Shown: piece by piece, positions 26,842 through 35,917 of the stretch
How positions within the stretch are numbered: position 1 is the first letter of the stretch
Layout: each line of letters begins with the position of its first letter
NCBI GenBank assembly: GCA_964651145.1
Contig: CAZYVR010000001.1
Location: forward strand, 6,839 to 70,838
Length of the DNA: 64,000 nt
Direction of reading: 5' to 3'
DNA from: an uncultured Victivallales bacterium
GTDB taxonomy: Bacteria; Verrucomicrobiota; Lentisphaeria; Victivallales; GWF2-45-14
Translations under genes and position numbers: made by a program
The notes under the pieces: generated by a model
Database searches by the model: none
The model's input: the letters and a program-made list of their open reading frames with translations, nothing else
What the model was told of the DNA's origin: nothing

Positions 26842-27932
26842 AATGCTTCCTGAAGCGCTTGCGGAGCGTTAACCACTGTAAATGCCGGGAATTCTCTTCT
26901 TAACGGATAATCGCCGCGCTGTTTCTCAAATGTTTCCGGGTAATTGCGCAGGCGGGCGTCGTCATCCAAAGCGTTATAGCTTTGGGACACGGCTTTCAGC
27001 AGAATTTCCTCCTTTGAGCCGGAAGCAGACAAAAGATTTATTTCCGTTTCATCTGGAAGAGGCACATTTTCCGGCTTCCAGTCATCCAGGCCGAGTTTGA
27101 GAAATTTAGAAATTGCGTTGACGCTCATTTTTGTTCCATTGGCTTTGCCGTCCGCGGAGTAGCCCGCAATATGCGGCGTGGCTATGTCTGTCAATCCAAG
27201 CAGTTCCCTGTTTATGTTCGGCTCGTTTTCCCAGACATCAACTGCTGCGCCGGAAATAAGTTTGTCTTTTATTGCGGAAATCAGGGCTCCGGTTTCCGCC
27301 ACTTCACCTCTTGAGGAATTTATAAAAAACGGACGCTTGTTCAGGGATGCGAAAAATGATGAGTCGGCAAGATGAAATGTTTTGTCTTCGCCATCTCTGT
27401 TGAGCGGGACATGCATTGTGATAAAGTCCGCCTCTGAGCGAATATCTTTCAGAGAGCAAAATCCTTCAGGCCCTTCTTTCCTTGCGCGCGGAGGGTCGGA
27501 AAGCAATACGCGCATTCCAAGAGCTTCGCCGACTTTCGCAACCTTGCTTCCCACATTGCCAACGCCTACAACGCCAAGGGTTTTGTCTGTTAGGCTGATA
27601 TTGTTTTTCACGGCAAGATTCAGCAGGACTGATGTTATGTATTGCGCCACAGATGACGAATTGCAGCCCGGCGCGTTTGTCCACGCTATGCCGTTTGAGT
27701 CGCAGTACGCTCCGTCTATATGGTCGTGTCCTATTGTGGCCGAAGCTATAATTTTCACGGACGATCCGGCAAGCAGCTTTTCATTGCATTTTGTCCGCGT
27801 CCTGGTTATCAGCGCGTCAGCGTCTTTGACTATTTCAGGTGTAGTCTCTTTGCCTGGCATGTAAACGACTTCCGCAACGCCTTCAAGCGCCCCTCTTAAA
27901 AACGGTATCTTGTCATCCGCTATTATTTTCAT
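26784..27932 (-). CDS. pdxB: 4-phosphoerythronate dehydrogenase (D-2-hydroxyacid dehydrogenase family)
   Basis: MKIIADDKIPFLRGALEGVAEVVYMPGKE (PdxB-like N-terminus). NAD-binding LGVVGVGNVGSKV, catalytic HIAGYS, and a PdxB-type C-terminal extension. The last ~19 codons lie inside repeat copy B. Confidence 0.8.
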   Translation of the reverse strand: MKIIADDKIPFLRGALEGVAEVVYMPGKETTPEIVKDADALITRTRTKCNEKLLAGSSVKIIASATIGHDHIDGAYCDSNGIAWTNAPGCNSSSVAQYITSVLLNLAVKNNISLTDKTLGVVGVGNVGSKVAKVGEALGMRVLLSDPPRARKEGPEGFCSLKDIRSEADFITMHVPLNRDGEDKTFHLADSSFFASLNKRPFFINSSRGEVAETGALISAIKDKLISGAAVDVWENEPNINRELLGLTDIATPHIAGYSADGKANGTKMSVNAISKFLKLGLDDWKPENVPLPDETEINLLSASGSKEEILLKAVSQSYNALDDDARLRNYPETFEKQRGDYPLRREFPAFTVVNAPQALQEALDKLSFKSLKTLKKPTESE

Positions 27933-28141
27933 TTTTTTCTTTCTTATATTACTGTATCAAATATTCCGAAAAATAAACTTTCTCAATAACGCCTTTAGCA
28001 TTTATCTCTTCAAGCATTTGGTTTGCGACTGCCTTTATTTCTTTCGCAAACATTTGAAATTTTAAATATATCATTTAAGAGGCTAAACGCCAAAAAAATA
28101 GTTAAAAAGTAGCCATCTGCACAGCCGCACCAACATAATAG

Positions 28142-28260
28142 GTTTAAAAAGTGGCTTTGCCACCGGCTTTGCAGACCAGCGATTCCGCCGCTGGATAGCG
28201 TCAGGACAAAGTCCGGTTTTTATTCCGACTCTGTCGGCTTTTCTTTTTGAGAGAGCCATT
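28142..28260 (-). repeat. MITE-like repeat, copy C (partial, same orientation as B, alternative arm)
   Basis: gtttaaaaagtggctttgccaccggctttgcagaccagcgattccgccgctggatagcgtcaggacaaagtccggtttttattccgactctgtcggcttttc. The three hairpins are shared with copies A and B. The other arm matches the short form at 40450-40470. Confidence 0.8.
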
Positions 28261-28373
28261 CATTTTCTCATTCAACGCAAAATTGCATAAAAAAAACTTC
28301 TTTCCTTTTTAAATAGGACATTTTCGGCTATATTTATAATGTATTTGGGAGTTAAAATTTCAGGAGAAGGAAT

Positions 28374-28706
28374 ATGGGGTCAGAATCACCAGACAGCATT
28401 AGGGGAATATCCGATTATCTTCGCGAAGAATTCGATCTTGACAAAGAAGACGTAGAGGAAATGCTTGATGAATTTATCAAAAATATAAACTCGCTTGTAC
28501 AGACAGGCAAAGAACAAATTGAGAAATCTTCCTGGGAGGACTTGAAAAGAACAGGCCATTCTGTAAAGGGAGCCGCCGCAAATATTGGCGCAAATTTTAT
28601 TTCAAAAGCGGGGAAACAGCTCGAAGAACATGCTTTGTCAGCAAATAAAAGCGAATGCGAATTATTTGTGGAGCAAATAGCCAAAGGGCTTGACTGCCTG
28701 AGATAA
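28374..28706 (+). CDS. stand-alone Hpt (histidine phosphotransfer) domain protein
   Basis: Phosphorylatable His motif RTGHSVKGAAANIGA within a ~110-aa helical protein. The stop overlaps the nth start (TAATG). Confidence 0.75.
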   Translation: MGSESPDSIRGISDYLREEFDLDKEDVEEMLDEFIKNINSLVQTGKEQIEKSSWEDLKRTGHSVKGAAANIGANFISKAGKQLEEHALSANKSECELFVEQIAKGLDCLR

Positions 28707-29383
28707 TGAATATAAAAAAAATGACTGAAGACCGCTCAGGAGCCGCGACAAAGTCACGCTTGGTTAAAATTTACAATGTGCTCGAAAAACGCTACGGGCA
28801 CCCGAAGTGTCCGCTGACGCACAACAATCCTTTGCAGCTGATGGCGGCCACTATACTTTCCGCCCAATGCACGGACAAAAGAGTGAACACAGTTACTCCT
28901 GAGCTTTTCAGCCGCTACTCCGATGCGGAATCTTTTGCCAACGCCGCTCCGGCCGATGTTGAAAAAATAATCAGGCCGCTCGGATTTTACAGGTCAAAGG
29001 CCAAAAGCATCATTGAATCCTGCAAGCGTATAGTCAAAGATTTTGACGGGAAAATTCCTTCGACCATGGAAAAGCTTGTGTCGCTTCCAGGGATCGGCAG
29101 AAAAACCGCCAATGTCATTCTCGGCAATGCCTTCGACACGCCCGGCTTCCCCGTCGACACGCATGTGAAAAGACTGCTCAACCGGATCGGAATTGTCAAA
29201 GACCTTGACGATCCCGTCAAAATAGAAATGGTTATAATTGACGCAATGCCAAAAAAATACTGGACAAATTTCTCTCATCTGCTAATTTTCCACGGCAGAG
29301 ACAGATGCAAGGCAAGAAAGCCTGACTGTGAAAATTGCGAAATACTAAAATACTGTGAGCATGGAAAGAGAAATAAAAAATGA
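28706..29383 (+). CDS. nth: endonuclease III
   Basis: HhH-GPD motif LVSLPGIGRKTANVILG, catalytic VDTHV, and the C-terminal 4Fe-4S cluster CKARKPDCENCEILKYC. Confidence 0.9.
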   Translation: MNIKKMTEDRSGAATKSRLVKIYNVLEKRYGHPKCPLTHNNPLQLMAATILSAQCTDKRVNTVTPELFSRYSDAESFANAAPADVEKIIRPLGFYRSKAKSIIESCKRIVKDFDGKIPSTMEKLVSLPGIGRKTANVILGNAFDTPGFPVDTHVKRLLNRIGIVKDLDDPVKIEMVIIDAMPKKYWTNFSHLLIFHGRDRCKARKPDCENCEILKYCEHGKRNKK

Positions 29384-30042
29384 AGCTGCTTAAGAAAAAA
29401 TTCCGCCAAATAAAAAAATTTCCGACTTGGATTTTCTTTTTCCCGGCAAGTCTGCTTAAAATAATGAAATTCTGTATGAGAACTGAAATCAAGGATCCTT
29501 GCGGATACGTAAATCCCGACAAGCCGTTGGTGTCTGTTACATGGCATAACAGGTTGCTTTTTTTCCCAGCCATGTGCCCGGCATTGAGCAGAAAACACAC
29601 ACTGGCCGTGGTCAGCCCTTCGCGCGACGGACAATATGTAACCGACCTTATTTCATATTTTGGCCTGAAAAGCCTCAGGGGCTCAAGCTCTAAAAGGGCC
29701 GCGCCTGTGTTGCGCGAAACAATAAAGGCGATAAACAACGGATTCAATGTGAGCTTTACTCCGGACGGGCCGCGAGGCCCAAAATATAAAATGAGCAAAG
29801 GGCCAATTATCCTCGCCAGCGTCACTGGAAGCAAACTTGTTCCCATTTCAATCAACGCCAGCTCGTACTGGGAAATCAAAAGCTGGGACAATTTTCAGAT
29901 TCCCAAGCCATGGGCCAAGCTCACGCTTGTCCTCGGAGAAGGAATGGAAATACCGCCGGATCTCGATGATGAAGGCATTGAAAAATGCCGGGAAGCCGCG
30001 GAAAAGGCCCTTATGGAAATAACCATAGACAAAAACGCGTAA
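29380..30042 (+). CDS. DUF374-type lysophospholipid acyltransferase-like protein
   Basis: VVSPSRDGQYVTDLISYFGLKSLRGSSSKRAAPVLRE...FTPDGPRGPKYKMSKGPI, characteristic of the DUF374/LPLAT group. ATGA overlap with nth. Confidence 0.7.
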   Translation: MKLLKKKFRQIKKFPTWIFFFPASLLKIMKFCMRTEIKDPCGYVNPDKPLVSVTWHNRLLFFPAMCPALSRKHTLAVVSPSRDGQYVTDLISYFGLKSLRGSSSKRAAPVLRETIKAINNGFNVSFTPDGPRGPKYKMSKGPIILASVTGSKLVPISINASSYWEIKSWDNFQIPKPWAKLTLVLGEGMEIPPDLDDEGIEKCREAAEKALMEITIDKNA

Positions 30043-30121
30043 GCTTTTTTTTATTTTTTACAGAAACAGGCTATATTATGCGACAATTATTAAGAAGCAA
30101 AACATTTTGGAGGATATAAAA

Positions 30122-31165
30122 GTGAGCAATTCAGCTAAAAGCGACATGTACAAAGAAGCTGGAGTTGATATAGATCTGGCGCAGAGCCTTTTGAAAAAAG
30201 TCAAAGAAAAAATAAGCTCCACGCGCCGCCCGGAAATGCTAGCCCCGATAGGAGGCTTTGGAGGACTTTTTCAACTCGACCTGAGCAAATACAACAAGCC
30301 AGTGCTCGTGTCAAGCATTGACGGAGTAGGCACAAAACTGATGGTCGCGGCCATGGCCAACAACTATAAAAACGTGGGAAGAGACATAGTCAACCACTGC
30401 ATCAACGACATTTCAGTTCAAGGCGCCGAGCCATTGTACTTTCTTGACTATATAGGCATTGGCAAACTGCACAGCCCGCTGTATGAACAAGTTCTTGAAG
30501 GCGTGGCCGACGCCTGCAAAGAAGCCGGATGCGCGGTCCTTGGCGGCGAAACCGCCGAAATGCCGGGAATGTACGGCGACGACCTGGATCTGGTCGGCGT
30601 TATATCAGGCGTCGTTGAAAAAGACAAGATCATCACTGGGGAAAACATCAAGCCTGGACACGCCGCAATCGGATTGGCATCCAATGGTCTGCACACTAAC
30701 GGATACAGCCTCGCAAGAAACGTGCTCTTCGAAAAATGCTCTCTCACCGTGGATTCCAAGCCCGAGGGCCTTGGCGAGACAGTTGGCGAAGCTCTTTTGC
30801 ATCCTCACACATGTTACTGGCCAGCCGTCAAAAAAGCCATGGAATCCGGACTCCAGCTCGACGGAATCGCGCACATAACAGGCGGCGGGCTTTACGACAA
30901 CGTCCCGCGCATCCTGCCCAAGTCAGTTAATGTTGTGTTTGACAAAACAGCCATGCCAATCCTCCCCATATTCAAGCTTATAGTAGAAGGCGGGAATATT
31001 CCGCAGGAAGAAGCCTATCGCGTCTTCAACATGGGAATAGGCATGGTCTGGTTTGTCCCTCGGGACAAGGCTGATGAAGCTTTGAAAATATGCAAAGAAT
31101 ACGGTTATGAGGCCGCTGTTTGCGGAGAAGTGACCGAAGGCTGTGGAAAGGTCGAAGTGAAATGA
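30122..31165 (+). CDS. purM: phosphoribosylformylglycinamidine cyclo-ligase (AIR synthetase)
   Basis: YKEAGVDIDLAQ, GGFGGLF, DGVGTKL, and the DLVGVISGVVEK region. The GTG at 30122, 7 nt after ggagga, is preferred to the TTG at 30107. Confidence 0.9.
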   Translation: MSNSAKSDMYKEAGVDIDLAQSLLKKVKEKISSTRRPEMLAPIGGFGGLFQLDLSKYNKPVLVSSIDGVGTKLMVAAMANNYKNVGRDIVNHCINDISVQGAEPLYFLDYIGIGKLHSPLYEQVLEGVADACKEAGCAVLGGETAEMPGMYGDDLDLVGVISGVVEKDKIITGENIKPGHAAIGLASNGLHTNGYSLARNVLFEKCSLTVDSKPEGLGETVGEALLHPHTCYWPAVKKAMESGLQLDGIAHITGGGLYDNVPRILPKSVNVVFDKTAMPILPIFKLIVEGGNIPQEEAYRVFNMGIGMVWFVPRDKADEALKICKEYGYEAAVCGEVTEGCGKVEVK

Positions 31166-31166
31166 G

Positions 31167-33044
31167 ATGAAATTGCACAGCATGTTTTCATCGGGATTTT
31201 CCGGAGCGAAGAGTCTTTTTCAAAGACCCGCGCACAGGGCGATGGATTCATTGTCGGCAATATTTGCGAAAGAGGAAGGCGGCAAAACCGAAAAAGAAAC
31301 TGCATTGCATGTGGTTTCCCTCATAAGCGCAGTGGCTTTGGCGGACGGGAAAATTGACGAACAGGAAGTCGAAGAACTTCGTAGATATCTTTTCAAGAAA
31401 TTATCAAAAGGCCATGTGGAAGAATTGATAAATATTTTCAAGGAAGGAAAAAGCGAAGACGCAGAAAGCGCCGCTAAAGCGCTTTCCAAACTGTCTGAGG
31501 ACGAAAAGATTTCTATTGTTTCCGCATTGATGGACATCGCTTATTCCAACAACGATTATACTGCCAATCAACGCAAAGTGATCATTGACATATCCCGAAA
31601 ATTGGGATTTGACGACGCAGTCGCGGAAGAACTCGAAATACAGTGTATTGAGTACAGAAAGAGGCGGGACAGCTTTCTCAAATCCAGCGCCGGGATTATT
31701 GTCGCTTTGATTATCATATCAATATTTATCCTCGCCGCCACTTTCCTGAAGTCTGTCCTGTTCGGACTGATTCTCGCTTATTTTTTCCTGCCTTTGGAAA
31801 GATGGTTTGAACACAAGTTCTTTAAATTCCCCATGATAAAAGCAATATCCGGAGTCTTTTCCCGCGTGATGGCTCCAGTTCTCTCCATGCCGGGAAAAGT
31901 CAAAAAGGCATTTGCGCGAAAAACGGAAATGGATGAAGAGCCGGATGAAAAAAGCGTTGAATTGAAACGGCGGGAATTTGAAGTGTCCCGGGCATGTTCC
32001 GCCACTGTTTTTGCATTTGTGTCCTGCGCCCTCGGCGTCCTCTTCTTGTTTTTATTCCTTTCCGCTTCATATGTCACAAACATGGGCAAATCCATGAAAA
32101 AATGGGCAGACCTGCAAGTCAAGCAGGCTCAGAAAGCGGAAAGCCAGGCAACAAAAACAGGCGGAAAAAAAGAAGTTGTCAAAACATCTTTGGAAAGCAA
32201 ATATGCCAGCTCATTCATAGCCCAGAACATGCACAAGCTCGAATCATACAAGCCGCGTCTGGAAAAGATCCCTTTCTTTAACTGGGCCGTAAGAAAGGTC
32301 AAGGAATTCCTGCAAAACGACAAAGAACGCGACAAGCTTATTGAAGCTGTGCTCAGCAAATCCGGCGGCGTTTTTTCATTTACTGCTGGATTTGTCGGAA
32401 ATGTCTTCGCTGTTCTTCTGAACATAATGCTCTCAATTTTCTTCTTCTCGCTTTTTCTCCAGAAAATAGCCATATCAAGCTCATCATCCGCCCGCCCCGG
32501 CGGCGGCAATATTGTCCAAGGCATTTTCAGTTCCAAGTGGATGCCTCAAACCAACAGAAAAACCCGCGAGGAAGCGGCGTCAATACTGGACAATATCATT
32601 TTAAAGCTAAGAGCATGGGTAAGAGGATATCTTTCCATTATAATAATAGAAAGCATTGTTTACATCACAATTTTTTCAATTATCGGCGTGCCGTACTCGT
32701 TTGTCCTGGGTTTTTTGGCCGGATGCACGGTGCTGCTGCCATATATCGGGCCGGTCTCAAGCGCTTTGCTTACCACTGTCGTATGCCTTGCGGCAGGCGG
32801 CCCTTCAAGCATGCTGATCATTGTCATTGTCATTTTGGTCTATATAATCATGAATGGGATCGTTGAGCAGCTGTTCCTTTATCCTGCACTTGTTGGAAAC
32901 GCCTTGGGGCTCACTACCATAGAGACTATCATAGTTGTCTTGCTGGGCGGGCTTTTTGCGGGCTTTTCGGGGATGATATTCGCCGTCCCGGCGGCGGCAA
33001 CGCTAAAATATCTTGTGCCTAAAATTTACAATTGCTGGCAATAA
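31167..33044 (+). CDS. fusion protein: N-terminal TerB-like domain plus AI-2E (PerM/UPF0118) family transporter
   Basis: N-terminus LISAVALADGKIDEQEVEELRRYL...ALMDIAYSNNDYTANQRKVIIDISRKLGF (TerB-type two-helix repeats). The C-terminal half is polytopic, with VLLPYIGPVSSAL typical of AI-2E transporters. Confidence 0.65.
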   Translation: MKLHSMFSSGFSGAKSLFQRPAHRAMDSLSAIFAKEEGGKTEKETALHVVSLISAVALADGKIDEQEVEELRRYLFKKLSKGHVEELINIFKEGKSEDAESAAKALSKLSEDEKISIVSALMDIAYSNNDYTANQRKVIIDISRKLGFDDAVAEELEIQCIEYRKRRDSFLKSSAGIIVALIIISIFILAATFLKSVLFGLILAYFFLPLERWFEHKFFKFPMIKAISGVFSRVMAPVLSMPGKVKKAFARKTEMDEEPDEKSVELKRREFEVSRACSATVFAFVSCALGVLFLFLFLSASYVTNMGKSMKKWADLQVKQAQKAESQATKTGGKKEVVKTSLESKYASSFIAQNMHKLESYKPRLEKIPFFNWAVRKVKEFLQNDKERDKLIEAVLSKSGGVFSFTAGFVGNVFAVLLNIMLSIFFFSLFLQKIAISSSSSARPGGGNIVQGIFSSKWMPQTNRKTREEAASILDNIILKLRAWVRGYLSIIIIESIVYITIFSIIGVPYSFVLGFLAGCTVLLPYIGPVSSALLTTVVCLAAGGPSSMLIIVIVILVYIIMNGIVEQLFLYPALVGNALGLTTIETIIVVLLGGLFAGFSGMIFAVPAAATLKYLVPKIYNCWQ

Positions 33045-33139
33045 AATTTGCAAATTGTGTGAAATTTTCTTTTTGGAGCGCTATATTTGCTCTATATGTT
33101 TTTGATAATGAACTAAACATAAAAAAAGGGGGACTGACA

Positions 33140-33445
33140 ATGTTGGATCTGCTAAAAAAAAACTTGTATCTGGGAGCCGGACTTCTGTCTATGACTCAAA
33201 ACAAAGTCAAAGAACTCGGTGAAAAACTCGTAAAAGAAAGCAAAGTAACCGAAGAGGAAGGCGAAAAATTCATAAACGAACTTATGAAACAAGCCGAAGA
33301 TACAAAAAACAGCTTCGAAAAACAAATCACCGAGATTGTTGAAAAAGTCATGACGAAAATCAAGCCGCCTTGCATGTGCGAAATTGAAAAGCTTAAAGAA
33401 GAAGTCGCCGCATTGCGTAAAACATTGGAAAAGCACAAAAAATAA
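33140..33445 (+). CDS. phasin-like / PHA-synthesis-regulator-like small coiled-coil protein
   Basis: The ATG at 33140 follows aaggggga. [47 protein letters not shown] resembles the COG3937 phasin-type N-terminus. Confidence 0.5.
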   Translation: MLDLLKKNLYLGAGLLSMTQNKVKELGEKLVKESKVTEEEGEKFINELMKQAEDTKNSFEKQITEIVEKVMTKIKPPCMCEIEKLKEEVAALRKTLEKHKK

Positions 33446-33782
33446 TAAGCAACGCTCTTTAAAGACAAACACAGGAGCTTGCAAAGCAAAAAATTATTTT
33501 TTGCTTTTGGGTTCTTGTTTGTTTGTCAGTTTATTTGTTTTCTTGCCATGACATGACTCTTTAATGTTGAATATGGGCATGCCTTCCTCAATATTTTCAG
33601 AGTTTTTCTTTCTGAGCGCAAGTCTTGTTATGCGCCAATCCTCGCCAATTTTCTTTGCTTGAAAAAGACACCTGGCCCGCCAGTATTTAACAAAAAAATC
33701 TGATTTTGTTTGCCTCTTGGCTCAGTCGCCTGTACTTTCCCTGCTTGCAGTATGAATGTGTTTGCGGAAGGACATTTCCAGT

Positions 33783-34904
33783 ATGGACAAATATGATGTT
33801 GTTATTATAGGCGGCGGGCCAGCCGGAGCCACGGCGGGATATCTTTTGGCCAAAAACGGGTTTTCAACAGCAATAGTTGACTCCATGAAGTTTCCGAGGC
33901 CAAAGCTCTGCGCCGGAGGGATAACCTCTAAAACGAAGCGGGTTTTCGAGAAAATTTTTGATTTCAAAATGGAAGATCTGGCTGTTTCGGACAGCGACCA
34001 TGTCAATTTTTTCTTTGGCGGCAGACGCATTTCTTCTGTCGATGGGATTCCTTTGCATTTTGTCGACAGAGGCAGCTTTGACCATGAATTGATCAAGCGT
34101 TTTGTGTCTGTTGGTGGAGTTTTGCATGAAAATGAGCGCGTCAGGCGCAAAGACATAGGCGATGATTTTTTGCGTTTGCGTTCGGGGGAAAAAATAGGAT
34201 TTTCAGTTTTGATTGGAGCGGACGGGGCTCTTAGCGAGGTTAGGAAGCTTATGGAGCCGAAGTATAAGCCTTCGGGTTTTTGCGTTGAGCTGGAAGTTCC
34301 TTCTAAAGAACGGCTTCCCAAGGCAGTGGACTTGTATCTGGACACAGTCAAAATAGGATATTTATGGGATTTCCCATCGAAAAATGGCCGATGCCTTGGC
34401 ATAGGAGCCGACATGAGCGAAGCTAAAATGATTAAACCCAAATTAATTGACTTTATGAAGAAGCATTCATGTTACGACCCCGCCATAAAAATAAAAGGAG
34501 CAATGATTCCTTTTAAAGAATATGTAAAAGTCGACAATTTTAAAGAAAAAGTATTGCTTATAGGCGACGCAGGCGGCCTGGTAGACCCTGTCACTGGCGA
34601 AGGCTTGTATTTTGCGGCATGTTCCGGCTTGTTTGCGTTTGAGGCAGTCAGAGCTTGCTTGAGGGATGGAGAGTCCCTACCGCAGACTTATCAGGGCTAT
34701 GTGAAATATATCCACAGGATTATAGACCTCATGGCTTTTGCCAGGCATAAGTTGTATTTCCCATTGATCAGAAAAATACTGCTTAACACTTTGGGGCGCC
34801 AGAATTGGTTTATGAGAAGATCATGCAACCGGATACTTGATGGATTTTCCTTCAAGGGCACCGCGCGAAGCGTTGAATTTCTTCTGAAAAAGCATTGCCG
34901 ATGA
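33783..34904 (+). CDS. geranylgeranyl reductase family FAD-dependent oxidoreductase
   Basis: MDKYDVVIIGGGPAGATAGYLLAKNGFSTAIVD (dinucleotide fold), LIGADGALS, and LIGDAGGLVDPVTGEGLYFA. Confidence 0.8.
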   Translation: MDKYDVVIIGGGPAGATAGYLLAKNGFSTAIVDSMKFPRPKLCAGGITSKTKRVFEKIFDFKMEDLAVSDSDHVNFFFGGRRISSVDGIPLHFVDRGSFDHELIKRFVSVGGVLHENERVRRKDIGDDFLRLRSGEKIGFSVLIGADGALSEVRKLMEPKYKPSGFCVELEVPSKERLPKAVDLYLDTVKIGYLWDFPSKNGRCLGIGADMSEAKMIKPKLIDFMKKHSCYDPAIKIKGAMIPFKEYVKVDNFKEKVLLIGDAGGLVDPVTGEGLYFAACSGLFAFEAVRACLRDGESLPQTYQGYVKYIHRIIDLMAFARHKLYFPLIRKILLNTLGRQNWFMRRSCNRILDGFSFKGTARSVEFLLKKHCR

Positions 34905-35884
34905 AAAGCCAGAATATAAAGGGCTGGCTTGATCCATTGAGCTTGACAGGAAACAAGGAGCTTCCAAACAGAACCGTTCCAAGTCCTATGGACGGCGTAA
35001 TGAGTCCTGTTTTTTGCCGCGCAATGAATGAATTGCGTCTTATTGACTGCTGGATAACGCCGTTTATCAGAATATCCAATTCAATTCCTGGGCTTCTGCG
35101 CTTGAGCCGCAGAATTGAGCCGTTCATGCAAAGCGGACTGCCTGTAATAGTCCAGCTTCTCGGCAATTCTCCAGAACTTTTGTCGGAAGCTGCCAAAAGG
35201 CTGGAAACATTGGGGATTGACGGTATTAATCTGAATTTTGCCTGTCCGAGCAATACAGTTGTCAGAAATGGCGGCGGCGGCAGTCTCCTCAAATCGCCGG
35301 AATTAATGACCAGGATTCTGGCCGCAATCCAAAAAGAATGTCCAAATCTTTCTTTAAGCGTCAAGCTTAGGACGGGTTTTTCATCTCCCGACGAGCTTGC
35401 GGAAATAATTAAAGCTGTAAGGAAAGCGCGGCTGGATTTTATAATATTACATTTCCGAACTGTTGCCGAAGCTTATTTAAAAGTTGAAAACGCTTACGAA
35501 AGACTCGGCGAGGCGGTCGATTGCGCCGGAGAAGTTCCGCTTATAGGGAGCGGCGATGTTTTTGCGCGCGCGGACGCTGAACAAATGTTTGAAGCCAGCG
35601 GATGCGCCGGAATTGCCGTCGCTCGCGGCTTGCTTAGAAATCCTTTTCTGATCAGAGATATTCAGAATATGATTGTCGGGTCGGAAAGCGCCCTGCCGGA
35701 AAATGAGCAATTTATTTTCTTCAACAAAATGCTGGATTTTGCCAACGAAAATCCGAAATTATATTGGAGGCGCTCCTTTTTTATGGAAATAGCCTCGCAT
35801 CTATGGGGGAGCGGGCATCACTTTTTTGAGGAACTGAAAAATATGTCAGACAAAGACATGCTCGGTCGAAAAAACTCTTTTTAA
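34895..35884 (+). CDS. tRNA-dihydrouridine synthase (Dus) family protein
   Basis: PMDGVMSPVF, GIDGINLNFACPSNTVVRNGGGGSLL (catalytic Cys loop), VKLR, and the FMN-binding TIM-barrel pattern. Confidence 0.8.
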   Translation: MPMKSQNIKGWLDPLSLTGNKELPNRTVPSPMDGVMSPVFCRAMNELRLIDCWITPFIRISNSIPGLLRLSRRIEPFMQSGLPVIVQLLGNSPELLSEAAKRLETLGIDGINLNFACPSNTVVRNGGGGSLLKSPELMTRILAAIQKECPNLSLSVKLRTGFSSPDELAEIIKAVRKARLDFIILHFRTVAEAYLKVENAYERLGEAVDCAGEVPLIGSGDVFARADAEQMFEASGCAGIAVARGLLRNPFLIRDIQNMIVGSESALPENEQFIFFNKMLDFANENPKLYWRRSFFMEIASHLWGSGHHFFEELKNMSDKDMLGRKNSF

Positions 35885-35917
35885 CGAGTATATTTCAGCA
35901 AAGACAGGGAGAATTGA

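Noticed and set aside
29232-29891. 219-aa and 119-aa minus-strand ORFs
   Set aside because: They are antisense to the nth/DUF374 genes, which are supported by strong motifs and translational coupling.
33483-33507. 11-bp A/T-rich hairpin after the phasin-like gene, considered as a terminator
   Set aside because: The stem is almost entirely A-T (aaagcaaaaaa/ttttttgcttt), so its predicted stability is low. It was not annotated as a terminator.
33557-33720. Minus-strand reading frame ...FVKYWRARCLFQAKKIGEDWRITRLALRKKNSENIEEGMPIFNIKESCHGKKTNKLTNKQEPKSKK
   Set aside because: The only in-frame start gives a 28-aa peptide. The longer frame has no start codon and no motif I can place. It may be a gene relic, but that cannot be supported from sequence alone.
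33722-34441. 239-aa minus-strand ORF
   Set aside because: It is antisense to the FAD-dependent reductase gene, which has a clear GxGxxG fold motif. Its Ser/Pro/Arg-rich composition is typical of shadow ORFs.
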